Positions 51,313-61,329 of a DNA stretch of 64,000 bases are shown piece after piece. The notes beneath the pieces are model-generated. The model was not told the DNA's origin and did not search any database. It saw nothing but the letters and a program-made list of their open reading frames with translations. Source of the DNA: Obrimoposthia wandeli (taxonomy: Eukaryota); the NCBI GenBank assembly GCA_977020255.1, contig CDROCS010003176.1, forward strand, positions 124,001 to 188,000. Direction: 5' to 3'. How positions within the stretch are numbered: position 1 is the first letter of the stretch; every line of letters begins with the position of its first letter. The position numbers were made by a program, and so were the translations under genes.

Positions 51313-52260
51313 CTAGTCACTAGACGCTAACCTCTTCTCAATACGTTGCACTACCCATGATAGTGAAATAGTCAGTAATAAATACAAACCAGCAACCACA
51401 AACCACACTTCAAACGTTGCAAAGCTGCCACTAATTACCTCTCGCCCAGCTTTGGTTAAATCAGTAATAGAAATAACAGATACTAATGAAGAATCTTTAA
51501 TCAGCGTGATAAGTTGACCCGCCATTGGCGGTAATGTGCGCTTAAATGCTTGAGGTAAAATAACGTAAGCCATTGCCTTGGGGTAATTCATCCCTAATGA
51601 ACGTGCAGCTTCCATTTGCCCAGGGGGAATAGATTGAATGCCCGATCGAATGATCTCGGCAATATAGGCGCCAGTAAAAACAGAAAGCGCCACCACACCG
51701 GCCGTAAATCGTTCTAAATCGAATATTGTGCCTAAGAAAAAATAGACAATAAATATTTGAACTAGCAGTGGTGTGCCTCGAATAAGTTCAACGTATAAAA
51801 ACGAGAGATTTTTAGTCACAGGGTTATTTGAAATTCGCATCAAACCTGCAACTAAGCCGATAATAACGGCAAAGAATAATGATATAACCGATATTTTCAG
51901 GGTTACCCACAACCCTACAATTAAAGGACCGACAGACCAGTGTTCTGATTGGGCAAGAACATCACCCTCGAAAACAATATCGCTATCAGCAACAAACAGC
52001 TCGTCGTACTGAGTAACAACTTGTGGTTCATCATCGTAATCGAAATTAACAACCAATGAGCCATCATCGTTAATAACAACACTGCCATCCCCAGCGGCGA
52101 TCACTTCAAGTGGAGAAGTATCAAGCAAGAAAGGCGTCACCCTTTCCCATTGCCAGTTATAGTTTATTTGTTTTGAGGCTTGGTAAATACCAAAGATAGA
52201 CGACACGACGATAACTACAAAAATGCCGTGCCACAGCCAACGATTAGACGTCCTAAGCAT
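51313..52260 (-). CDS. Polar amino acid ABC transporter permease
   Basis: [25 protein letters not shown]. Confidence 0.9.
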   Translation of the reverse strand: MLRTSNRWLWHGIFVVIVVSSIFGIYQASKQINYNWQWERVTPFLLDTSPLEVIAAGDGSVVINDDGSLVVNFDYDDEPQVVTQYDELFVADSDIVFEGDVLAQSEHWSVGPLIVGLWVTLKISVISLFFAVIIGLVAGLMRISNNPVTKNLSFLYVELIRGTPLLVQIFIVYFFLGTIFDLERFTAGVVALSVFTGAYIAEIIRSGIQSIPPGQMEAARSLGMNYPKAMAYVILPQAFKRTLPPMAGQLITLIKDSSLVSVISITDLTKAGREVISGSFATFEVWFVVAGLYLLLTISLSWVVQRIEKRLASSD

Positions 52261-52339
52261 AACTACTTCCATTAGGCGTATTGGATATTAAAACAAGAAG
52301 ACAAAAAATTGGCCAGACACTATGCCTAGCCAATAAAGA

Positions 52340-53137
52340 TTACTGTACTTGCTTTAACCAGCTGTCATTTTTAAACCACTTATCGTAAACACGATCATAA
52401 GTGCCATCGCCTTTAATCTGACGAAGGAAGTTATTCAAAAAGTTCAGCATGTCGCTATCGCCCTGCGCAATAGCCCACCCTAAAGGTTCATAAGTAAATG
52501 GTTGTTCTAGGTGAATAACTTTGCCGTCATTTTGTGACGCATAAATCGCGTTAAATGGCATATCGTAAATGAACGCATCCGCTTTACCGTTAGCCACTTC
52601 TAGTACAGCATCCGATTGCGTTTCGAAAACATTTAGCTTCGCTTTGCTGATCATGCGCTTAATAGCTTGCTCGCCCGTTGTGCCTAACTTGGTTGCAATC
52701 GTATATTTACTGTCGTTAAGATCTTTATAGCTAGTGATTTTACCCTCAAGCTCAGGGTTTATCAGAATAGACTGACCAATAACAATGTATGGGTCAGCAA
52801 AATTCACGCGCATATTACGCTGTGCATTGATTGTCATACCGGCATTGATCATGTGGCACTTACCCGTCAACAATGTTGGAATGATGCCATCCCACGCGGT
52901 ATTAATGGGTACATATTTAACACCCATTTGGCGAGCCATTTGCTTGCCAATATCAATATCAAAACCAATGAATGAGCCATTCTTACTCTTCATTTCAAAC
53001 GGCATATAACCCGCATCAAAACAAACACGTAGCTCGCCTGATTTAGCAATATCGTCAAGAATAGGACCCGCAGTAACAGCAGCAGAAGTACTCATTAGAG
53101 CTACAGCGGCAACTATGCCACCCAATAATTTACGCAT
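52340..53137 (-). CDS. Polar amino acid ABC transporter substrate-binding protein
   Basis: Signal peptide; YMPFE, GFDIDI, WDGIIPTL. Confidence 0.9.
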   Translation of the reverse strand: MRKLLGGIVAAVALMSTSAAVTAGPILDDIAKSGELRVCFDAGYMPFEMKSKNGSFIGFDIDIGKQMARQMGVKYVPINTAWDGIIPTLLTGKCHMINAGMTINAQRNMRVNFADPYIVIGQSILINPELEGKITSYKDLNDSKYTIATKLGTTGEQAIKRMISKAKLNVFETQSDAVLEVANGKADAFIYDMPFNAIYASQNDGKVIHLEQPFTYEPLGWAIAQGDSDMLNFLNNFLRQIKGDGTYDRVYDKWFKNDSWLKQVQ

Positions 53138-53639
53138 AAACATCCCTGTTATTTGTCGCTGTTTCAGTAATGAATCAAAACAATCAATTTGTTTTTAACA
53201 GCCTGCATCAAAAAAGATACTACCGTTTTATAGCAAATAAACCGCCAGTAACTCAAACATTCACAACACATAAAACAACAAAACCTTTAACATTAGATAC
53301 ATTAAAAACATACTAATGGTGGCTTTATAGCATTAGGTTAGTGGTAAGTACTGAATATATAGATAAAAGCATGATTACCTGTCACAGATGGATAAATATG
53401 CGAAACTTTAGAAAATATATTTAATTTATGTATTCATTCTATTTAATGCCTTTTTTCAATAATAATTGCCCCATGCTCGAAGCATAACGCTCAAAAAATC
53501 AGCCATTGATGTAATACATATGACCAATTCATGATTTTTCATTGATGTCGTCACAATTTGCACCATAATACTGGATATAAATACAGTTAATATTGATACA
53601 TAGGCGAGGCAGTGAAAATAACAAACCCTAAGAGCACCA

Positions 53640-54401
53640 GTGGCTAATTTCAATACACATTTGAATTATGCGGCTATCGCCAGTAGTTTAGCGGCCACCG
53701 CTTTATTATCGGCGGGAAACATACAGCCTATTACTGCACTATGGTTAACCTTTTTAGGTACTATTGGTGGGCTACTGCCTGATATCGATTCAGATAACTC
53801 AACCTCAATGCGCACCCTATTTAGTTTATTCGCTTGCGTATGCTGCTTTGTTTTAATTTGCCACCTCTATGCACAAGTCACGATGCTAGAGCTTGTTTTA
53901 GCGGCTGTGGCTTTTTATATCTTTATTCGCCATAGCGCAAAGTCGTTTTTTGAAAAACTCACCATTCATAGAGGCTGTTGTCATTCATTGGCTTTTATTG
54001 CATTACTGAGTATGTGCATTGTGTGTATGACCCACTATATGGGGTATAGCAATGCGACCAGTTGGCTATCTGGATTATTCATCGCTTTCGGTGGGGTGCT
54101 ACATCTTGCATTAGATGAATGCTATAGCGTTGATTTAGCGAACCGAAAACTAAAGTCCTCTTTTGGTACTGCGATGAAGGTCGTTTCATTTAAAAACCCT
54201 TTCATTAGCACGGCGCAATTGGCTGCGGTTGTCGCCTTATTCATTATTGCACCCCCCTTCAATTCAACAATAGATTTACTCTCTGATTGGCATCGTTTTC
54301 AGTTTCGACCTGAATGGCTTAATCTACAAGTCACTTCAAACTGGCTAAAAGATATTCTTAGTTCAACGGCGGGTATTTTTCGTGGTGAAGTCCCTTCGTA
54401 A
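53640..54401 (+). CDS. YdjM-like inner-membrane metal-dependent hydrolase
   Basis: N-terminal TH, LLPDIDSD, HRGCCHS and HLALDE motifs; GTG start. Confidence 0.8.
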   Translation: MANFNTHLNYAAIASSLAATALLSAGNIQPITALWLTFLGTIGGLLPDIDSDNSTSMRTLFSLFACVCCFVLICHLYAQVTMLELVLAAVAFYIFIRHSAKSFFEKLTIHRGCCHSLAFIALLSMCIVCMTHYMGYSNATSWLSGLFIAFGGVLHLALDECYSVDLANRKLKSSFGTAMKVVSFKNPFISTAQLAAVVALFIIAPPFNSTIDLLSDWHRFQFRPEWLNLQVTSNWLKDILSSTAGIFRGEVPS

Positions 54402-54730
54402 TAATGTCGAAACAAGAAAAATAAAGATGTAATTTCTTAACTGCGGAAACTGTACCACTACAAACAAACCCAACCATTTTTTGCCAAGTCTAAGGGCCGT
54501 GCTAGCTTTAATTGTTTAGCCACATGCCGGAAAAAACAATATGAGTGAAACCAAACAGGCATTATGTGATTACTGCTGCCCTATCTCAAATATGGACATA
54601 AATGGTTTAGAGGGAATGCTCTTTCCTAGTTAAGTTCAATTAGAAAAAGTAAGTCAAAACACTAGGAAGCCCAAGGCAAGACGCGACCCCGTCAATTTCT
54701 TCGGTTCATCTTTGGTTTCAACTGATAACG

Positions 54731-55096
54731 TTATTCAGGTATGGCTACTTCAACACCCATTCTTTTTCTAATATGAGCAAGAGATTTATTAACCGTATGT
54801 TTGAAATCCGAAAGGCTTCCCTTCTTGGCTCCGAATTCACATGCTTCATGCACTTGCTCTAGTGCTTCCGATAGATAACCGAGCGCATCTAACTCTTCAG
54901 AAAAGAAGGCTTCAATATTGTTAAAGTTATACCGTGCCGATAGAAATCTGTATAAATTGTAAACGTCTGTATTTTCCCAAGAGGTTAGTGCATGAATTAA
55001 TTCATCTTTCGTGAATTGTAGCGGCCAACAAATATTGGCCAAGATCTTAGAGTTTTGCGCAGAATATAACTGCGTTAGTGCATTTAATTGCCCCAC
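54731..55096 (-). other. Hypothetical ORF, possibly the C-terminal remnant of a larger gene
   Basis: 121-aa open frame with no evident RBS, inside a degraded region. Confidence 0.4.
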
Positions 55097-55142
55097 AGCA
55101 ATAAAGGAGGCTAGGTATAGAATATATGTAGGAGGGCGAAAT

Positions 55143-55535
55143 ATGAAAAATGGCGACGAAAAAGTAACTGTTTATTACGATGGCAGCTGCCCGCGTTGTA
55201 TTAAAGATCGTAATAATTATCAAAATCTGGCTGAAGAGAAAGGCGATTCGGTATGCTGGGTTGATATTACCGGGCAGGAAAAGTTGCTGCAGCAGCTAGG
55301 TATCGACCCCCAGAAAGCATTGACCGAACTGCATGTTAAAACAGCAAGTGGGAAAGTTTTGAGCGAACTTGATGCGTATATCCTGTTAATGAGCCGAGTC
55401 AGTCGTCTTAAACCGCTGGCTTTTTTTATCGGCCTGCCGTTTATTCGTCCACTTCTGGCCCGCTATTATCACTATAGTGTGGCTAAACGGCTGAAGAAGA
55501 GCGGCCGCTACCCGCAGCGTCAAAATCGGAAATAA
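55143..55535 (+). CDS. DUF393/DCC-family thiol-disulfide oxidoreductase-like protein
   Basis: YYDGSCPRC (DxxCxxC); GGAGG RBS before MKNG. Confidence 0.85.
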   Translation: MKNGDEKVTVYYDGSCPRCIKDRNNYQNLAEEKGDSVCWVDITGQEKLLQQLGIDPQKALTELHVKTASGKVLSELDAYILLMSRVSRLKPLAFFIGLPFIRPLLARYYHYSVAKRLKKSGRYPQRQNRK

Positions 55536-55674
55536 AAACCGCTTGCAGCTGCAAATTTTTCCATCTGCAATTGAACAAAAGAAAAGCTTATCAGCATTAA
55601 CTATCTGTCTGCTCGTCAAACACCTGCACCATATTGTCGACCACGCTGACCAGATAAGTCGCAATATCTTCAAA

Positions 55675-55791
55675 TGCCGTTCAAGTGTTTATAAGTATAT
55701 TTCGGAAGACTACCTCCCTAAACCAGTTTCAACAGGTGAACGTTAAGGCGCATGGTTAGACAGTGAGATTGATGAGTGGGTAACACTGTAG
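55675..55791 (+). pseudogene. AlpA-family excisionase/regulator remnant
   Basis: CRSSVYKYISEDYLPKPVSTGER*GAWLDSEIDEWV; in-frame TAA at 55744-55746; N-terminus missing. Confidence 0.75.
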
Positions 55792-56114
55792 ATTGAACAA
55801 CATAATAATGAAGAGGAGTTACAGGTTAAGAATAGATAAGACATAAAGACAAGGGTGTCTATTCCGTCATGTTATTTTTTTGAGTGGTACTAGTTGGTTG
55901 TTTAGGCTATGGGGCGAGTCAGCATAAATCTCGCTGACCCGATGGTGAATATTTCCGTGTTTCAAATTTTTCACAAAACACTACGGTCTAATACCATTAA
56001 TCTATAACAGCCAAGACCCTCTTTGCTGTCACTCACATGACTCTGAGCCTTAATCGCATTTAGATTCTCATGCTATTAAGACCATCAGGGTTCGGATAAT
56101 AGCCTCATAAACAA

Positions 56115-57611
56115 TCACGCATTAATAAGTACTAGAGAATCTAAGATCCCTTGACCGCTATGAATACCGCCTTCATTTTCACTGGCAGGCTTACTGCGGA
56201 TTAAGTAACCAGCATAGCCGTCTAGCTCCGTTACAGGCTCACCTTGATAATGGGCGGTAAACAAGCCGATTTCGCTCACAAGATCGTTCACCAACGCCTG
56301 CTTTCCATCACGAACCGCAATGGTTGGCGTATCTCGCTCATGCGGATACAAACGCTGCATCAATGCCCATGCGTCATACTCTTCTGGCTTCAATTTGGCT
56401 AATGTCTCACTGATCTGATCTCCGAATACGCAATGCCCACCACCTTCGCCTTGGTTCTTGAGTACCCACTCTTGCTTATCGGCAGAGGTATTAAACCATT
56501 CTATTGCCTCCTTCGAAATGGGCTTCATATCCGCCAAGACACTCTTGACTAATCGAGCTTCTTCTAGGGTTAACCCCCAACGGGCATACTCTTGTGCAGG
56601 CATCATGGTCAATAGCATCTGCATTGATTTACTCGTTGCAAGCTGCTGGCTGATGGTCGCGTTCATTGCTACGTAATGCATTTCAATAAACAGACGCGTT
56701 TGGCTTAATGTGTGACAGCAAATATCTTCATTCAACTCTGGTGCCCAGTAGTCTGAATATTGATAGCCCGCACGTAAGTAAACCGTGTCAATTGCGCCAA
56801 CATTTTCAAGAATTAAGCGCTGATTGTCACCACTAGAGAGCTGAGTGCTCAATTGCTCAAAGGTACGTCTTACTGTGCGAACCCCAATCTTTTGCAATGC
56901 AACTTCCAATAGGTGCTGATCGTAAACATTGTCTTCATCTTTCTGCACAATCATCAGGAAAGTTGGCTTTTGTTCGTTCGCACTATCACCCAGTTCAGCA
57001 AAGTGCGCCTTTACCTTTCTTGCTGAGGCAGCAATACCTATAGCGAGTTGTTCCATGCCGTGATTGTCTGCTGGCATTGCCGTATCGTCTTCTAACCAAT
57101 TACGGTAGACATCGTTCCATTGGTCTTGCACAAAGCAATGCAGCTCTGTAGCACGCTGACCAAATGGCCCCATACCTGCAGCAATACCATTGAATTCGAT
57201 CACTTTTGCCCCATGCTGGCGATCATCCATAAAATCGGTACGCATCAAAAGTAGTGGCTGGCGAGCAGCTTGCTGACGCTTAGATGCATCACCATGTGCC
57301 TGCTGATGTAGCTCCATCAAACGACCAAAAAACGGGTCAGCCTTTGCCATGGCACTAAGCGACTCTTGCAAGAAATCATGATCTTCAGACACGTTGCTTA
57401 CCAACTTAGCAATCAGTGGTGTAACAGAAAGCAGGTGTTGGTACACAGAGCGTTCCATCGTCATCGGTGCGATGCTGAATGGTACGTGCCTTGCCGTATT
57501 ATCGGCCTGACGAAACGCGACGCCGTGCATAATTTCCCACTCTAGGAGATCGTCAATGACTTCTTGAGGCATAAATTGCTTATTTTCGTTATTAATAGTG
57601 TCGTTATTCAT
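56115..57611 (-). CDS. Eukaryotic-type glutathione-synthetase-fold ATP-grasp ligase
   Basis: RTDF, IEFN, YLRAGY, VLKNQGEGGG, SEIG, GYLIRSK...EGG...LDS; 498 aa, unlike the shorter bacterial GshB. Confidence 0.85.
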   Translation of the reverse strand: MNNDTINNENKQFMPQEVIDDLLEWEIMHGVAFRQADNTARHVPFSIAPMTMERSVYQHLLSVTPLIAKLVSNVSEDHDFLQESLSAMAKADPFFGRLMELHQQAHGDASKRQQAARQPLLLMRTDFMDDRQHGAKVIEFNGIAAGMGPFGQRATELHCFVQDQWNDVYRNWLEDDTAMPADNHGMEQLAIGIAASARKVKAHFAELGDSANEQKPTFLMIVQKDEDNVYDQHLLEVALQKIGVRTVRRTFEQLSTQLSSGDNQRLILENVGAIDTVYLRAGYQYSDYWAPELNEDICCHTLSQTRLFIEMHYVAMNATISQQLATSKSMQMLLTMMPAQEYARWGLTLEEARLVKSVLADMKPISKEAIEWFNTSADKQEWVLKNQGEGGGHCVFGDQISETLAKLKPEEYDAWALMQRLYPHERDTPTIAVRDGKQALVNDLVSEIGLFTAHYQGEPVTELDGYAGYLIRSKPASENEGGIHSGQGILDSLVLINA

Positions 57612-57639
57612 AATGTAATGACTCTTTCTATTTTATCAC

Positions 57640-59529
57640 TTATGCCGCGCTCACAGCCGTTAGGCCTAGCGTGCTATTTTGATGTTCGTTTTCTTCTTGC
57701 GCTTTCTGTGCAAGGTATAAATCTCGGTAATCGCCATCTTGTTCGATTAGCGCCTGGTGTGTACCACTCTGTACCACCCTACCGCTGTTCATCACTAAGA
57801 TTTGATCGGCGTTTTGAATCGTCGATAAGCGGTGCGCAACGGTGATAACGGTTCTGCCGTCTTGGATATTCTCAAGAGCCTGCTTTACCGTTTCTTCCGA
57901 TTCACTGTCGATATTCGCCGTCGCTTCATCAAGCAGGAATATTTTCGGATCGTGAGAAATCGCACGCGCTAATGCCAATAACTGTCTTTCACCCACAGAA
58001 AGCGTAGCGCCGCCATTGCTTGGTTGATGATCAAAACCACCAGGTAAACGATGAATGAAGCGATCCGCTTTCACCATTTCGGCTGCTTGTATCGCTTTAT
58101 CACGGCTAGCTTTTAGTGCTTTATTGTCATTGTCATTGTCATTGTCATTAAGCGTACTGTCATCACTCGTATAGCCATGACTAAAAGCAGCATCATGAGA
58201 TAAATCGATATTATCAATAATTGAACCGCTAAAGATGGTTGGGTCTTGTGATACCAAGCCAAACAGCTTACGCAGTTGTGATTCAGGCAGTTTATTAAGC
58301 GGTTGTCCGCCAATAAGGATGTCGCCTTGCTGCTGTTGATAAAAACGCATCAACAGATTGATCACCGAACTTTTCCCGCTTCCGGTATGCCCAACAATCG
58401 CTGTAAACTCGCCACCTTTTGCCGTAAAGCTGACATCTTTGAGTACTGGCTTATCGACTTCGTATCCCATTGTTACATTACGAAACTCAATATCGTTGCT
58501 ATCATTTATCTTCACTTCCGGCATCGATTGATTATGAATTTCAGAATCATCGTCTAGCAGCTCAAAAATACGTTTCGAAGACACGGTTGCAACCTGCAAC
58601 TTGTGCAGTTCCATCGATAACTGTCGGAACGGGTCAAAGAAGCGCTCAATGTAATTCAAAAACGCATATAAAGTACCAATCTCAACAACGGTCGACATCG
58701 ATGCTCCTGCAAACCACGCTACAATGCCTGCTGCTGTCAACGTCGAAATCAAGCGTGTCAGTGGTAACAACATCAAGCTATCAATTGCGACTGACTTAGC
58801 ACGGAAGTTAAACCAGCTTTGGTTATCTTTCTCAAACTTAGTTTGGAACGCCTTTTCTTGACGAAACGCTTGAATCAACGCCATGCCTTGCAACGATTCG
58901 TTTATTTGCCCGTTAATATTACTGACTTGAACTCGAATACCATCAAACACTGACATTGAAATCTTGCGATACAAATGCATCGTCATCAACAAAATAGGAA
59001 TCAGCACCAAACTGAGCAACATCAAACGCCAATCCAATAATGCAATTGCGATGAAAATAGCCGTGATGCGCAATGCACCTTGAATCACGGTTGGAATCGT
59101 CGACACGTACATATTACGTAGCGATTCAGTATCGTTGGTAATGTAAGAGACCAGTTTACCCGTTGATAATTTATCGAACGTCGCGATAGGAAAGTTCAAT
59201 ACATGGCGGAATAGTTGTTCACGTACGTCTTTAACCACCAGCAATGCACTGTGTTTAAAGGTGACCGCTTGTAAATACCCAAACACCGCGGCAAACACAT
59301 AGAACAGCATCATAAGCCCGATCAATGTGATAAGTTGTTGCCATTCAAATTGCTGAGGCACAATGACCTCATCCAACACAATTTTAGCCAACCATGGAAT
59401 CGCCATCTCGGCACTGACCGCAAGCGCCAACATCAAAAAGGCAAAGCCAAACCGCGCTTTGTGCGGCAATGAGAAGGTCAATAAACGGCGATAAAGCGCA
59501 TTATCTTTCATTTGACGCTTACTCATCAT
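57640..59529 (-). CDS. Heterodimeric ABC exporter subunit (MdlB-like)
   Basis: TMD+NBD; GHTGSGKS, degenerate signature LSVGERQ, canonical LLDEAT and VAHRL. Confidence 0.9.
   Translation of the reverse strand: MMSKRQMKDNALYRRLLTFSLPHKARFGFAFLMLALAVSAEMAIPWLAKIVLDEVIVPQQFEWQQLITLIGLMMLFYVFAAVFGYLQAVTFKHSALLVVKDVREQLFRHVLNFPIATFDKLSTGKLVSYITNDTESLRNMYVSTIPTVIQGALRITAIFIAIALLDWRLMLLSLVLIPILLMTMHLYRKISMSVFDGIRVQVSNINGQINESLQGMALIQAFRQEKAFQTKFEKDNQSWFNFRAKSVAIDSLMLLPLTRLISTLTAAGIVAWFAGASMSTVVEIGTLYAFLNYIERFFDPFRQLSMELHKLQVATVSSKRIFELLDDDSEIHNQSMPEVKINDSNDIEFRNVTMGYEVDKPVLKDVSFTAKGGEFTAIVGHTGSGKSSVINLLMRFYQQQQGDILIGGQPLNKLPESQLRKLFGLVSQDPTIFSGSIIDNIDLSHDAAFSHGYTSDDSTLNDNDNDNDNKALKASRDKAIQAAEMVKADRFIHRLPGGFDHQPSNGGATLSVGERQLLALARAISHDPKIFLLDEATANIDSESEETVKQALENIQDGRTVITVAHRLSTIQNADQILVMNSGRVVQSGTHQALIEQDGDYRDLYLAQKAQEENEHQNSTLGLTAVSAA
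58123..58146. repeat. (ATTGTC)4 in-frame microsatellite (Asn-Asp run) inside the NBD
   Basis: Read directly; encodes NDNDNDND in an insertion before the signature motif. Confidence 0.9.
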
Positions 59530-61312
59530 CTTTTCCCTCAATGCCAGTACCTTGAATAGCAGCATCGCCACTTATGGACAGCCCCAACTGGCTTTGACGT
59601 TGATAAACCATTGAATACCAGCCTTGATTCGCCACAAGCGCATGGTGTGAACCACGCTCTTCTACTTGCCCATCATTGAGCACTAAAATATGATCAGCTT
59701 CGATAATATTGGTTAGACGCTGCGTTACAAGCAACATGGTTTTATGGGAATAATGCGCCTTTAGGTTTTGACGAACTTGCACTTCAGTCTTCATATCTAA
59801 CGCACTAAATGGATCATCCAACAAAAGGATATCAGCACCCGACAATAGAGCTCTAGCAAGAGTCAAACGCTGTTTTTGACCACCCGACAGATTCGTACCG
59901 CCCTCTCTAAGTGAAGTATCAAAGCCTTCAGGCATCGCTTCAATTTCTGCTCGAATACCCGCCATTTCAGCCACATGCTCGATTTCTGCTTGCGACGCAT
60001 CAGGTTTCGCCAACGCGATATTCTCTGCGATAGTGCCTGAAAACAAGTGCGGTTTTTGAGGAACCCAAGCCAGCTTACTGCGTAAGGAACCAAACGTTAG
60101 GCTGTCGCTTGGCATACCTGAAATGTGAATACTCGACGGCTTCTCAAGTTGAAATTGGCGCAGTGCCAAGTGCAATAGCGTACTTTTACCGCTGCCCGTT
60201 GGCCCAGTAATGCCGACCAACCCACCCGATGGCAAATCAAATTTCACTTTATCGAGCGCTTTACGATTCGCTTTTTGATAAGTGAATGATTTGATATCAA
60301 AAGACATACTTGCATCCGCTGTTTTCGGCAGTGTTATGTCACCTTCTACGACTTCAATATTTTCAGCAAATAACTGCTCTAGACGACGCCATGACGTCTT
60401 ACCTCGTTGAAATACATTGAACTGCCAACCAAACTGCATAAATGGCCCAAGTAGTTGCCCAAGGTAAAGTGTAAAGGTAGTAAACAATCCCACAGTTATG
60501 CCGCCTTGTTCTATCAACCATGCTCCGTAGCCTAGTGAGATGACGAACGACAGCCCATAGACTAATTGAATAGTGGGACCAAATGCCGCATCCACTTTTG
60601 CAACTAAAAGATTTGCATCTACCGTTTCATCTAAGGTTTTGCCAAAGCGCTGTTCTTGACGATCAGAAATGCCGTGTGAGCGAACCGCACGAATACCCGA
60701 TACCGTTTCACGAGTCTCTTCGGTTAGATCAGAAAACGCAGATTGCGCCTTACCGAACGCCTTATGTAGCTTGACACCATAGCGGCGAGTAATGAGTACT
60801 AATAATGGGAAGGGAAGCAATGCGACAGCGGTAAGTTCACCACTAACAACAAAGATCATTCCCAAAATGACCGTAATACCTGCGATCAAAGAGTCCACCA
60901 ATGTCATGACCCCCATTCCCATGGTTTCTTCCACCGCATTAAGGTCATTGGTCGCATGTGCCATCAGATCCCCTGTACTTCTGCGAGCATAGAATTCAGG
61001 TGACAATTGAGAGAACTTTTGAAACAACTCACTTCGAATCACACGCGTTATCGCAATAGAAGCACCATATAGTTTGCTTTGCCATACAAAACGCAAACCG
61101 TACATTACCGCGCCCGAGACAATAATCCCGGCAACATGGGTGATCATAGCTTGAGAGTCTAATGTTCCTTCACTAATGCCGTCGACAATTCGACCAATCA
61201 ACCATGAAGGAATCAAATTGACCAACGCAACCACCTGCAATGCCGCAAAGGCAATCAGATAGTGTCGGCCAAACATTTTAAGGTAGCCCTTTAATTTCCA
61301 AAGAATATTCAT
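59519..61312 (-). CDS. Heterodimeric ABC exporter subunit (MdlA-like)
   Basis: TMD+NBD; GPTGSGKS, canonical LSGGQ, degenerate Walker B LLDD and switch VTQRL. Confidence 0.9.
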   Translation of the reverse strand: MNILWKLKGYLKMFGRHYLIAFAALQVVALVNLIPSWLIGRIVDGISEGTLDSQAMITHVAGIIVSGAVMYGLRFVWQSKLYGASIAITRVIRSELFQKFSQLSPEFYARRSTGDLMAHATNDLNAVEETMGMGVMTLVDSLIAGITVILGMIFVVSGELTAVALLPFPLLVLITRRYGVKLHKAFGKAQSAFSDLTEETRETVSGIRAVRSHGISDRQEQRFGKTLDETVDANLLVAKVDAAFGPTIQLVYGLSFVISLGYGAWLIEQGGITVGLFTTFTLYLGQLLGPFMQFGWQFNVFQRGKTSWRRLEQLFAENIEVVEGDITLPKTADASMSFDIKSFTYQKANRKALDKVKFDLPSGGLVGITGPTGSGKSTLLHLALRQFQLEKPSSIHISGMPSDSLTFGSLRSKLAWVPQKPHLFSGTIAENIALAKPDASQAEIEHVAEMAGIRAEIEAMPEGFDTSLREGGTNLSGGQKQRLTLARALLSGADILLLDDPFSALDMKTEVQVRQNLKAHYSHKTMLLVTQRLTNIIEADHILVLNDGQVEERGSHHALVANQGWYSMVYQRQSQLGLSISGDAAIQGTGIEGKDDE

Positions 61313-61329
61313 AATTACACAGTTTTCTC

